Assembly: GCA_002794465.1 (NCBI GenBank)
Contig: MTSL01000077.1
Span: 1 to 6,079 of the forward strand
DNA length: 6,079 nt
Source: Paramicrosporidium saccamoebae KSL3
Lineage: Eukaryota > Fungi > Cryptomycota
Reading direction: 5' to 3'
The notes below the pieces were generated by a model. That model saw only the letters and a program-made list of their open reading frames with translations. It was not told where the DNA came from and made no database searches. How positions within the stretch are numbered: the stretch's first letter is position 1; the number at the start of each line of letters is the position of its first letter. A program made the position numbers and the translations under genes. Shown here in pieces: positions 6,078 through 6,079 of this stretch.

Positions 6078-6079
6078 CA

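Overview
Compact, intron-poor eukaryotic DNA in the standard genetic code. The GlnRS looks fungal; an early-diverging fungus or Rozellomycota-like parasite is my inference only. From 5' to 3' the window holds two tandem ~100-aa paralogs, each a signal-peptide-like N-terminus plus a stand-alone biotinyl-like domain. The first keeps the biotin-acceptor lysine motif (EVMK) and the second has lost it. Next come a two-repeat Myb/SANT protein with a mitochondrial-presequence-like N-terminus, a complete eukaryote-type glutaminyl-tRNA synthetase, an orphan membrane-protein ORF, and a degenerate minus-strand duplicated coding segment at the right edge. Non-coding structure outside the ORF track: a 26-bp direct repeat (24/26 identical) bracketing the GlnRS gene, a 13-bp tandem array just upstream of its ATG, and a 65-nt inverted repeat. 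The best candidate for an undescribed system is the pair of apparently secreted biotinyl-domain proteins.
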